This document shows positions 51,956 to 64,000 of a stretch of DNA of 64,000 nt, piece after piece. The notes below the pieces were generated by a model that saw only the letters and a program-made list of their open reading frames with translations, was not told the origin of the DNA and did no database searches. A program made the position numbers and the translations under genes. The DNA comes from Azolla caroliniana. Its lineage: Eukaryota > Plantae > Polypodiophyta. Each line of letters opens with the position of its first letter. The first letter of the stretch is position 1. The stretch is from positions 10,106,001 to 10,170,000 of the forward strand of contig JBHGNT010000020.1 of NCBI GenBank assembly GCA_043228905.1, read 5' to 3'.

Positions 51956-52485
51956 CACACACATAGTTCACACCTACTCTGTTACACAAGAATCATACCC
52001 GATTCTTTACACATTTCTTGAGGACAGAACATTAAACTTTCCACCATTATACATGTTCTCAAATACATGATATGCTCTCTTTTCCGACTCTACGCAACGG
52101 GTAGGACATTCGTTCCATTTATGAATTGAGGGAACTTCAAAGCAAAGGTATTTAACGTAGATAATGTATTTCATACCCTTGTTTTGGCTATTCAAAAGCA
52201 TAATATTCATTTTAGAGTCATTGAGACTCAACTCAATATGCATGCAAAATGCTTCTAAAGCCCTCGTATGCTTTTGTGTATCTTCTAAAGTATTTTTGTA
52301 CAACAAAAGCATGATGAATACATTACCAACGGTAACTTCTTCAATGCCTTCTTCCTTTACAAACTTCGAAACCAATTCTACTAATTCATCCATGCATAAA
52401 ACAAATTGAGTTGGCATTAAGAATGTAGACATTTTGTCTTAATACCAATAGGGGTATTGAACAAAACTAAACTTTTTATTGCCTA

Positions 52486-52605
52486 TGTTACGGGCATGAC
52501 CATATAATATCCCATGGTAAGGTTGTACCATAGTACTTTATTCACGTGTATAGAATACTACGATACAATCTTACCATAGGATATTATATGGTCATGCCTG
52601 TAACA
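52486..52605. mobile_element. 120-bp fully palindromic insertion with TGT...ACA ends and 5-bp TSD
   Basis: 60-bp arms with about 8 mismatches centred on CACGTG. TSD GCCTA at 52481-52485 and 52606-52610. Confidence 0.85.
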
Positions 52606-53229
52606 GCCTATACGCCCACCACACATAATCATATACTAGATTCAAGAATTGCAACCATATATTTACTTGGTACCATGAGTTCTTCCATGCCCCTCAAAAG
52701 TTGTTCATGAGGTACCATCTTAAAAAATTTCTTGAAGTCTATGAAACAAGAGCATAAACCCTTGCTTCTCAAACAACTTCCACTAACAATCAAATGGTGA
52801 TAAGGTGTAGATCAATGGTGTTATTGTGTTTCAAAAGCTAACTTGTTTGTAAGCCCCTCTTACCACTTTTTTCAACCCAGCACTTACCTTTAATTCCATT
52901 TTACATTCCAATATTTTTGTCATACTTGAGCCAACCATGATTATCCAATAAGTGTTCACATTATTTACATGTCCACTTGTATGTAACAATAATTTGATCT
53001 AATTTGCACTCCAAGCATAAGTCATGTCATGTTGCAATGCATAATCAAACATACAAATTATCCATGCACATGCTTCCTTTGTCATTCATATGAGCATTTT
53101 CTCCTTTTTCTTAACCCATATGCACATGCTTCCTTCCTATCATAGCGATCTATGAGATGAGTCCTAGCCCATGATGAGGATCAAACTTCAGTTCTATCAA
53201 TGTTATGACTTTGAAGCTATGGTGTAAAC

Positions 53230-53272
<43 letters not shown>

Positions 53273-56013
53273 TGTCCAATGGAGACCAAGAGGTCATGGG
53301 TTCAATCCCTACATTCCACAATGGCATCAAGTGAATTAAGAGATATGTATGAAGTATGTAATAGAGAGGTGAGAAAATTGGGTTTCAAACCCAAGGCATT
53401 GTTAGGAAAACTGGATTGAATTGGGACTAACTTAGACAACCAATATAATATATATAAGAGATGCAATGGAAAAAAATAAAATCAGAGTACACCAGATTTT
53501 AACGTGGAAAACCCAAAATTGGAAAAACCATAGGAGCCTTAGGTTCCGAAAATAACTTGAGTAGAACCGAGTACAACCTTTGTAGGTTTTCACTAGACGA
53601 ATGTATATGCCTCAAGGCAACAACCTTGGTTACAATCTTCACCCAACTGAGTGGATAGAACAATAGAAAAGTAAAAAATTGAGAAACATAGAATGAAGGA
53701 ACCTGATACGGATGGATAGGAGGTGTTGTATAGTCGTGGGTTCTTGATTGTACGAACAACCCCTCACAGATCTTTGTCTTCTCTTTTGTAGAATGCTCTC
53801 GTACTCTAGCACTTTGTCTCTTCGTTTGTTGTTTTCCTTCTCTCTTTTCTCACTTTTTTGTTTTCTCCATTGTTCACACATTTGTGTATTCACCATTGTC
53901 TCTCTTCTTTTGTGTTCTTTCTTTTCCTTTTATATGTATGTCCTCTCCCAGTCACATGTTCTTCTTTTGTGAACATCTCTTTTTGTATCTGCATTCACAC
54001 ACTCACACACAGACATATATGTATATAAGTATATATTTATAAATTAATATAACAATTACTTTTTGGCCCTTTAGCCAATTCGGCATTCAGCCGGCTCCCG
54101 ACACTTAGTCAACTCCCAGCTAGCTGTCAGCTCTCAACCCTCAACCGGCTCTAGGCACACAACAGACCCTAGGTACTCAACTGGCTCTATGTTGTGGGCT
54201 CCACTTGAGTGGAAAAGTCCCATAATTCTCCCCCTCCATCTCAAGTGGGGGGCATAACTCTAGAAATATCATCAATCTAGTCACCTAGAGTGCGATGATC
54301 ATGATTTTGTTCATCATCATCATCATCAGTTGCATCATCAACCATATCATCATACTCCTCTACATCTCCCTCGTGGCCTTGAGTGTCTAGAGCAAGAGTT
54401 GAATGTTTGGTGACCGAAAAATTACGGGTGGCATTTGGCATTTCCTTCGGCTCTGGATCTTGCTAAGTTTAATCCTCAAGGAATATTTCATCCCTACTTC
54501 TAATGACCTTTTTCTCTACTAGGTCATATAACCTACAATTAAATTCCTCATGGCCATATCCCAAGAATATGCATGGTTTGCATTTGTCATCAACCTTGGA
54601 TTTTCATCTTTTTGGATATGAACATAGGCCCTACAACCAACCACTCTCAAGTGTTTATATGACACACTTTTACCTGTCCACACCCTCTTGGCTACATCAT
54701 CATCTAAAGGGACTGATGGAGACAGATTTATTGTGTCAACAACAGTCCTCATTGCTTCACCCCGAAAGGATTTTGACAATTTTGAATTTGATAGCATACA
54801 TCTTATCAGCTCACAAATTGTCCTATTCATCCTCTTAGCCACACCATTGTGTTGAGGTGTTTCTAGAACACTTCTCTCAAGCCTGATACCATGCTCACGA
54901 CAATATCGCTCAAATTGTCCCCGGTATTCACTGCCAATATCTGCACGGATACATTTCAGTTTTCTTCCAGCTTCTCTTGCCACGTTTGCATGGAAGTTCT
55001 TAACAATCACAAACACTTGATCTTTAGTCTTCACTGCAAAGCACCACAACTTCCTCAGGAAGTCATCAATAAATGTGGCAAAGTACAATGCTCCCCCTAG
55101 AGTTTTATCTTTCATATAGCACAAGTTAGTGTGCACCAATTCCAATGGCTGAGATTTTCTTTTGGGGGGAAAATATTGAAAGGAAACTATATGTTGTCTG
55201 TCGACTAAGCAATCAACACAAGTTTCCAAATGCATACCTTTTTATCTCTTGTAGGATCTTCTTCCTTGCTAGCACCTCAAGTCGTTTTTTACTCATGTGC
55301 CCAAGCCTCTTGTGCCATAGCTCAATGGGGGCATCCTTGTCGGTTACATTCACCTCTCCACCGAACACCATAACATGCATTAGGTAGAGGGAATTCTGTT
55401 TTAGACATCTTGCTATGATCAGAGAGCCTTTCATGGGCTTCCATTTTCCTTCACCAAAGGAATTTGTATAACCCTCATCATCAAGTTTACCGGTTGAAAT
55501 GATATTCAGCCGAATGTCCGGTACATGCCTAACATCCTTCATTATGAGTTTGCAACCCATGTCCGTGGTCAGAATTACATTTCCTATGCCAACAACCTCT
55601 ATCACACCATAGTTGGCCATTTTGACTCTACCAAAGTCACCACCAGCATATGACGTAAACATCTCTCGATACAGGGTAATGTGATACGAAGCTCCCGAAT
55701 CAATAATCTAGTTGGTTTGTTGGCATGTTAAGCTAACACAGGCATCATCACAGACAATAACAATTATGCCATCACAAGTGGTTGTAGTAGAGTCATTGTT
55801 CCTGTTGTCAATGGTTCCTCTCTTTTGGTCTCTCTTTTTCTTCCTACAATCTCTCTCATAATGGTTTGGACCACCAAATAATGACATGTAAAGACTTTCT
55901 TGAAGTCTTTCCTATTTCTAGATTTATCCATATTCCAACTTTGCAAAGAGTATGAACCTTGGCTCTAATACCACTTGTTAGGAAAACTGGATTGAACCAC
56001 CAACACAGTATAT

Positions 56014-59000
56014 TGTTGGCATAAAAGGCCGACCCCCTCCACTTTCTATCCTACTGTGAACTCATCCACATAGTTAGGGCTTAGTATATAAGAAATAACC
56101 TAACATTGTAAAGAATAATCTTCTTGACCATATATCAGATATCAAGTCTCTGAGAGAGTGAGATAGAGAATGTAATAGAGCTTCCATTAAGGCCTCAATC
56201 TGTGTTGTTTTCTCCTTCTCTTTCTGTGTTATATCGAATATCTTTGCTTCTCTTTCTGTGTTATATCGAATATCTTTGCTTCTCTTTCTATGTTGTTTTC
56301 CGAGTACAAACTAAGACAGATCCTCATACGTTTCCACATACACTTCCGCTTCAACTGGTATCAAAGCGATCTGCTTCTCAGCGGCAACAAACAACAGAAA
56401 AGGCTGAAAGAAAAGACCAGGTTAGTAAATCTCACTTCCGAAAGAATCATGGCATCAACATCAGGTACAGAAGTTGAGATCCGAAAATTCGACGGCAAAA
56501 ACTCTGCCCTATGGAAGGAGATGATGTAGGACGTACTGATTATTCGAAAACTGGTCGAGGCCATTCAACACTCCAAAAAGCTTGCTTCAATGTTAGCCGA
56601 TCAGTGGAGATCAACAGACGAAATCGCACGCTCCACCATTCGAATGCACTGAGCCGAAAATGTCTACTTTAGCATGCCAAAAGAGACGACATTGTTCTCA
56701 CTATGGGAGAAACTACAAGTCGTGTACAAGAAAAAGTCCTCATCTTCAAAACTGATTTTGATCAAACAATTGTTCAACATGAAGATGAGAGAGACTGATT
56801 CGGCTACCTCCCACATCAACACCTTTGGCCGGGTGTGTTAGAACTCTCCTCACAAGGGATCAACTTCGAAGAAGAAGTGAAAGCCCTTGCCCTCCTATCG
56901 AGCTTGCCGGCGAGTTGGGAGGTATTCTGTATGACATACGCCAATAGTCGACCGATCTTAAATATGGATGAGACGATCGGCCAAGTCCTCACCGAGGACA
57001 TTCAGCAAAAATTGATGGGACTTACCATCGATGAATTGACAGAAGCCCATCACTCGATCGAGTCGTTCAATCGACAGAGTCGTACGAGAGAACAAGCCGA
57101 CAACGGTCGAAGTTGAAAACGGGCCGATCAAGCGAATTCTGCACACACTACAGAAAAGCTGGCCAGAATGTTTCCAATTGTTGGTCAATCAAGAGGAAAG
57201 AGAGTGGTCGGTGATCCGAGTAGAATTGAGGACGACCCGACTTAGACCACTCTCCAGTCAGCAACCAAATCAATGTTGCCGACTCCCGATCGGGAGAAGT
57301 TCTCTCCTTAGAGGATTAAGTGATCGGAGAAGTCCTCTACAGTGCACACGATGCACACATGTGGCTACTGGATTCCGGTGCTAGATTCCGGTGCCACATT
57401 CCATGTGACCCCCAACATTGAATGGTTTTCAGACTATTCAGTTGACGCCAACAGAATTGTCCGTCTAGGCAACGGGCAAGAGTGTAGAATTGCAAGGACC
57501 GGAGAGGTTCCCATCCGATTTCCAAATGGCAACACAATAACCCTACACGGAGTTCAGCATGTACCTAATCTGAAAAGGATTCTAGTCTCCATCGGCATGC
57601 TAGCCGAAGACGGGTACAAAATGACTCTAAGTGAGTCGGTATGGATGATCAGCCGAGGAAACCTGAAGATAGGAGGCGGGCACAAGTACAACAACCTGTA
57701 CCCATTAATGGCGATCAATCCAAAAGGGGTTGTGAACTTAGTCGAAAAGACCGGCCCAAACTTATGGCATGGCCGACTCGGTCACATGTCTCAAGCCGGA
57801 CTTGATCGGCTGATGGCAGTAGGCTACATTCCAAAACTCCAAGCAAAGACAGACTTCTGTGAGCATTGTCGATACAGGAAATAGACCCGAAGTCTGCACA
57901 CTCTCCACTACGAGATGGTACGACAGCCCCTAGAGCTCGTACACACAGATATATGTGGGCCCAATGCCAGAGAGATCACTAGGAGGCTCCCAGTACTTCA
58001 TCACCTTTGTAGATGACTGTACACAGAAGATTTGAGCCTACTCGATCAGGTCCAAAGATGAGGCGCTCGAGGTCTTCACTCGATGGATATCTGAAGTGGA
58101 GAATCTGTCAGGACACAGAGTGAAGACACTCAGATCCGACAATGGAGGTGAGTACACCTCCAGAGCCTTCAAACAATACCTGTCCAACAAAGGTATCCAA
58201 CATCAAAAGACCGTTGCCTACACACCCATGCAAAATGGAGTGGCAGAACGGATCAACAGAACGATCCAGGAGAGGGTGACGGCAATGCTTTAGCAAGCCA
58301 GACTGAAGCTAGAATTCTAGGTAGAAGTATTGCAAACGGCAATATACCTGATAAATCTAGCGTCGTCAAGAGCAATTAGGCTCAAAGTGCCACAAGCACT
58401 ATGGTCAGGCAAACAACCGACCTACAATAGGCTCTGTATATTCGGATGTGAAGCCTACACGTTCATCCCCAGGGATAAAAGGACAAAATTGGCACCCCAT
58501 GCGACAAAATGCATATTTCTTGGTTATGGAACCGATGGGGAATTCGGTTATAGGCTAAAGGACCCTGAGAACCAGAAACTGATCCGGAGCAGTGACGTAG
58601 TCTTCAATGAAGACTCTATCTTCTCTCAGGAACCAACAGAAAATAGTTGGTAAAAAGGTATTATTCCAAGACGACAGAGACGTCATAGAAGGACCGACCC
58701 ACCAGGCCAACTCAGAGATTCGACAAACAGTCGAACTCGAACAAGTCGACAACATACCTGCCGACTCCGAATCGGTAGGAAGTCCACTAGTCGAACACGA
58801 AGACAAAACCATCAACAACAGAGTTGATTCGACAAGAGTCGATGCAAGGAAAGTCAACAAGATGCAAGTAGGAAACAGAACCGAGTCGACAAAGTCCCTA
58901 GGGGAGGACAATGTGACACCACTTATCTCAGCACCTAGGAGATTTGGACGAGCTCGAAGGCCAACAGAGTTTCTTCAACCGGGCCTCGACTATGTCAACT

Positions 59001-61275
59001 ACACGGATGCAGGCGAACCAAGCAGTTATTAAGAAACTATGGCCGCAACAGACGCCGACACATGGCTACAAGCCATGAAATCTGAAATGGACTCGCTTCA
59101 CAAGAATCAGACATGGGAGTTGGTTGAACTACCAGCTAGAAGGAAGCTGCTACCCTGCAAATGGGTTTTCCGATACAAATATGAATTTGACTTAGAAAAA
59201 CCCAAGTACAAAGCTCAGCTCGTCGCGAAGGGATTCAAACAACAATAAGGGTTGACTACGACGAGATATTCTCACCAGTAGTCAACATGACCACCCTTTG
59301 ACTCTTACTAGGAGTTGTGGCGACAAAAGACCTAGAGCTAGAGCATCTGGATGTAAACACAGCATTCCTACACAGAGATCTAAAAGAAGACATCTACATG
59401 TCTCAACAGCCAGGCTTCACGGCGACGGGGGAGGACAGTCACCTCGTATGTCGGTTAAAGAAAAGTCTATATGGCTTGAAACCATAGTTCCTAATATTCG
59501 CGTACGTCCAATTTACTGGACGTACGCGAACGTTTGCAAACGTACGCGTATGATACGCGATATTCGTTTGGCTTTTTTTTTCTTTTTTTGACTTTTTTTT
59601 GGTTTTTTTAATTTTTGATATTCATAATATTTTGTGAATAGAAGTGACATCTGACACACATACACACACACTCTCTCTCTCAAGACTCACACGAGAACTG
59701 ACAGATTTTCTCTCTCTACAAAATCTAGATATCTAATATACATATTACATACTCCCTCACACAGACAAAACCCATAGCTCCTCTCTCTCTCTCTCTCTTT
59801 CTAGAGTCTAGATATACACTCAATCACTGTCTCCTCACACAATCATTGTCTCCTCACACATGCAAAACAGGGCTTCTCTCTCTAGACCACACACGCTCTC
59901 TCTCTCTCTCTCTCCCCCTCACACACACACACACACTATGTACACCATATACACCATATGTATATATAATATATCTATGTACCGCGTATGGATTTCAATC
60001 ATACTTGGAGCCTTTTCACGTATGAGTATGATACGAATATTGGCGTTTGAGTATGACACGAATGGGACGTATGGCTAGAACTATGCTTGAAACAAGCGTC
60101 GAGGATGTGGTACCAAAATTTTGACTTCTACATTAGGCAGCTTGGATACTGCCGATCTGACTCTGACCCATGCATGTATATTCGGCAACTGGCCGACGAG
60201 TCTAGGATTTATTTGATCCTATACGTCGACAACATGTTGATTACAGGAAGCAATCAAGCAGAGATCGGAAAGCTGAAGTGGAGCCTTCATGACAAGTTCG
60301 CGATGAAGGAACTCGAACAAGACCATCACATACTGGGCATGAGGATCGAGCAAAATTGGATGACCAAGACTCTCCGACTCTCCCAGTCCAACTATGCTGG
60401 GAATACGGACAATCAGAAATCAACATCAAGTTACATCTTCACCTATGGTGGCGGTGCAATATCATGGAGGTCGAAACTTCAAGAGTGCACGACTTTGTCG
60501 ACCACAGAAGCCGAGTATATAGCAGCATCGGAGGCAGCGAAGGAAGCGATCTAGCTGCATCGACTATCTGTCGACTTCTCAGCTATAAGCCAAACCGACC
60601 AACCTATGCCAACCATCTATTGCGACTCACAAAGCGCAATACACCTCATCAACAATCCCATCTATCACGTAAAGACGAAGCATATTGAGGCGGTATCATC
60701 ACATTCGGGAGCTCACAACCGAGAAGAAGCTCGAAGTTCGGAAGATCCACACCGAGGTGAACATCACCGATTGCCTGACAAAGCCACTCCCAGATCAACG
60801 CTTCAGAGCACTAAGGAGAAAGACGAGACTACTACAAGCATCCGAGCAGAAGAAAGTCGAACGAGGAGAAGAAGGTAAGAGTCGACCGAATCAATCATGA
60901 TTGGTAGGCTCGACACGAACCTCACCTATGCCAACTCGACTATATGCCAACCGACTTGTAACATAAATCTAGATTAGTGTTGTAACCTAAGTTTACGGGG
61001 GAGACAACCCCAAACACATGTACACATAGGAAAGAGTGGTCCTTTTATGGAGGAGTTTGTTGGCATAAAAGGCCGACTCCCTCCACTTTGTATCCTAGTG
61101 TGAACTCGTCCACATAGTTAGGATATTGAGTCTCTAAGAGAGTGAAACAGAGAACATAATAGAGCTTCCATTAAGGCCTCCATCTGTGTATATCTTTGGG
61201 TCTCTTTCTGTGTTGTTTTCTGAGTACGAACTGAGACATCTATCCTCATATGTTTCCGCATACACTTCCGCTTCA
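56014..61275 (+). mobile_element. Ty1/Copia LTR retrotransposon, degenerate
   Basis: LTRs 56014-56353 and 61058-61275. TSD TATAT at 56009-56013 and 61276-61280. PBS TGGTATCAAAGC at 56356-56367. Protease LDSGATFH, integrase LRSDNGGEY and QNGVAER, RT LYVDNML, RNase H STTEAEY and TKHI. Confidence 0.93.
59483..60085. mobile_element. Non-autonomous hAT-type element (603 bp) inserted in the Copia RT
   Basis: TIR CATAGTTC...GAACTATG and 8-bp TSD CTTGAAAC (59475-59482 and 60086-60093). Removing it restores KSLYGLKQASRMWY. Confidence 0.88.
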
Positions 61276-61400
61276 TATATGACATACGCAATGGAAACAA
61301 ATAATAATAATTAGAGTACACCAGATTTCAACATGGAAAACCCAAATTGGGAAAACCCACAGGAACCTTAGGTTCCAAAAACAACTTCACTATGTTTTAA

Positions 61401-62040
61401 GTACAACCAAGTACAACGTCTCTAGGTTTCCACTAGAGAAATGTATATGCCTCAAGGCAACAACCATGGTTACAATCTTTACCCGACTTGGTGGATAGAA
61501 CAACAGTGAGTACAACCAAGTACAACCTCTCTAGGTTTTCACTATAAGAATGTATATGCCTCAAGGCAACAACCTTGTTTGCATTGTTCACCCGACTAGG
61601 TGGATAAAACAACATTGAGTACAACCGAGTACAACCTCTCTAGGTTTTCACTAGAGGAATGTATATGCCTCAAGGCAACAACCTTGGTTACAATCTTCAC
61701 CCTACTTGGTGGATAGAACAATAGTGAGTACAACCTCTCTAGATTTTCACTAGAGGAATGTATATGCATCAAGGCAACAACCTTGGCTACAATCTTTACC
61801 CGACTAGGTGGATAGAACAACAGTGAGTACAACCAAGTACAACCTCTCTAGGTTTTCACTAGAGGAATTTATATACCTCAAGGCAATAGCGTTAGCTACA
61901 ATCTTCACCCAACTGGGTGGATAGAACATCAGTGAGTATAACCAAGTACAATCTCTCTAAGTTTTCACTAGAGGAATGTATATGCGTCAAAGCAACAACC
62001 TTGGTTACAATCTTCACCCAACTGAGTGGATAGAACAACA
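61401..62040. repeat. Tandem array of six ~109-bp units inside an LTR
   Basis: Unit GTACAACCAAGTACAACCTCTCTAGGTTTTCACTAGAGGAATG...GGTGGATAGAACAACAGTGA. A single copy occurs in the partner LTR at about 53561-53665. Confidence 0.93.
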
Positions 62041-62567
62041 AAAAAATACAACACGAAGGAACCTAATACATATGGACAAGAGAGGTGATGTACAGTCATG
62101 GGTTCTTGATAGCACGAACAACCCCTCACAGATCTCTGTCTTCTCTTCTGTAGAACACTCTTGCTCTTGCTCTCGTACTCTGGCACTCTGTCTCTTCGTT
62201 TGTTGTTTTTCTTCTCTCTTTTCTCACTTTTCTATTTTCTCAGTTGTTCACACATCTGTGTATTCACCGTTCTCTCTCTTGTTTTGTGTTCTTTCTTTTC
62301 CTTTTATATGAGTGTCCTCTCCCAGTCACACATTTTTCTTTTGTGTAACATTTCTTTTTTAATCTGGTTTCACACACACATGTATGTATATATTTATAAA
62401 TAAATATAACAATTACTTTTTGGACCTTTAGCTGATTCGGCACTCAACTAGCTCCCAACTAGTAGTTGGCTCTCAGCCCTCAACCAGCTCTCAGCCGGCT
62501 CTAGGCACTCAACCAACCCTAGATAAGCTTGTAGTGTAACAACTTACCAATAAGGTAAACTAATTAC

Positions 62568-62610
<43 letters not shown>

Positions 62611-64000
62611 ACTTAGTCCATTGTTGTTTTCTATTGTTTCTAATCCCTTGTTGCAACTAATGGTGACATTATGGACCATGCACCTTCCATCTAGGTGAAG
62701 CTAGTAGCGCAACCTTTGACAAATGATTATTTCATGATTCTACATGTCTAACATGAGAAAAAGAAGGGATGCTTGTATGGAACCAGTTTGCATTGACATC
62801 CGGATTGCACATTAATTAGAGGATGTCTAATTTCATCTAATGTACTAAGAGGGGTTTGGAATGTCAAGGATGACAAGGCTTAGTTAGGGAAGGAAGGCTC
62901 TATTTTTTTCCACTTGGGATATCGATTAGAATGGATGACATGGATGGCCAATTGATTAAATGGATGACAAGCTAGCTGAGGGATAAGTTCATGAATTCGA
63001 AGTCGCTACCTTAGCCATTTCATGTATGGGTGAAAGCCATACAATTTGTTATGGACCCCATGATGTTATATGATTTGTCACTACAACCATAGACAAATAA
63101 GGCTTTGCAGTCCATTTTGCAATCTCTTCTCATAGAGAAAGAATGATAAGATGGGAAACACATGGATTGTGTGAACCATCTAGCAACCCTTAAGTGCTTG
63201 GGGTGAGTTGAAATGTAAAACGAAAGAAGCTAAAAGTTTGTAGTTTTTTATGTTACTTAAAGAGTCTCTTCATTAACTTTTCTCTTAGGCTTTCCTATCT
63301 CTCGCTCACTTCTCATAAATATTAAACTTGGGAACTGGGTTGGGTATTGATGCCCATGCTTGTGTTGTGGGAAAGGTGACAAAAGGGAAGATAAATGCAA
63401 ATAACAAGAAGCCAACGCCAATTACCATGCCTTTGATATTGTAAATGCAAGCACAAATCACCATCATAGATGACAAACCATGATCACACACTTCAATAAA
63501 TTAGTACTCTTAAGTAATATGGGATGGGGAAGAGGAAGATATCCTTATTGAGAACCTAGAAAAGATGTCCGTAAATTGCAAGCTCGGAGTCGAGGAAATC
63601 ACTCTTTACTCACAGATTCCCCCAGAAATTGGGATTACTTACACCCAATGAAAAGAGGGCTTGATGAGAATCCACAATGGCAAAAGGTCGAAAAAGGCAA
63701 ACAAAAGGAAAATTGCATAATTCCATATGAGCACATGACACCTAATAAATGCTTAAGATGTGTTGACACAATTTGAGCTACCTAGTACCTACTAATGACA
63801 TACTCATTATGGACATTTGAGCATGCATTGTAGATGCAACCATGACCAAATGGAATGACCATGCTAGGACCAAGAACTTGCATTACTATTACACCCACAT
63901 AAATCCAACATGTTGTTACACCTAAAGGAAATGATGGGATGCAACTAACCACGAGTTATGAAGGAACGTGTAATAATGTGATAAAGAGGAATGTTTAATA

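Larger units (their letters stand above)
41797..52011 (+). mobile_element. Ty1/Copia family A copy 2, with a 5' deletion and a nested Gypsy
   Basis: 5' LTR remnant 41797-~41982 is fused directly to mid-gag, so the PBS and gag start are deleted. Protease, integrase, RT and RNase H motifs lie in 42424-45900. 3' LTR 51577-52011 (TG...CA). TSD CATTT at 41792-41796 and 52012-52016. Confidence 0.92.
41213..53100 (-). mobile_element. Old LINE (RTE/L2-like RT) split by the Copia insertion; pieces at ~41213-41796 and 52012-~53100
   Basis: RT remnants CFIDFKK (near 52740) and LCMDELV...LEAFC (ORF 52007-52432). Joining across the CATTT TSD restores SVLKKCLFDILVIAVLLYGVQVW. Outer limits are approximate. 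Confidence 0.75.
53400..62522 (-). mobile_element. Tnt1/Tork-like Copia deletion derivative whose 5' LTR is split by another Copia
   Basis: 3' LTR ~53400-54224 with PPT at ~54227-54235. Integrase remnant 54519-55235 and protease remnant (IDSGASYH, YAGGDFGRVKMAN) near 55213-55710. Met-type PBS (GGCTCTAATACCA on plus, ~55961-55973). 5' LTR pieces 55976-56013 and 61281-~62522. RT/RNase H and most of gag are absent. Confidence 0.8.

Noticed and set aside
53270-53325. B-box-like GGTTCAATCC after a (GA)n tract as a SINE
   Set aside because: Too short and degenerate, with no clear A box, tail or TSD.
62600-64000. Short ORFs at the window end
   Set aside because: No recognisable domains; probably decayed repeat sequence.

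Overview
This is eukaryotic nuclear DNA from a land plant. It is probably a seed-free plant such as a fern, inferred from a Tcn1-type chromovirus and the repeat landscape. The window is dominated by nested, mostly decayed transposons: four Ty1/Copia copies plus the tail of a fifth, one near-complete chromodomain Ty3/Gypsy, three LINEs, two Ulp1/SWIM-bearing TIR elements, a hAT-type MITE and a 120-bp palindromic insertion. There is one intact host gene (MIZ1/DUF617-like, 22334-23263, minus strand) and an unannotated intron-retaining serine:glyoxylate aminotransferase (AGT1/SGAT) pseudogene at about 16819-19565. The most unusual item is at 832-4416. It is a six-exon gene with fully phase-compatible GT-AG introns that encodes a ~968-codon ParB/Srx-like domain fused to a prokaryote-type beta-class amino (N6-adenine/N4-cytosine) DNA methyltransferase. 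It is disabled only by two in-frame stops, has twin long palindromes in intron 1, and lies between retrotransposon LTRs. Other notable signals are a self-priming (tRNA-independent) PBS, a -1 frameshift cassette and antisense tRNA-like Pol III boxes in the chromovirus, and TIR elements anchored in (CA)n microsatellites. All calls come from reading the sequence by eye; no database searches were run.
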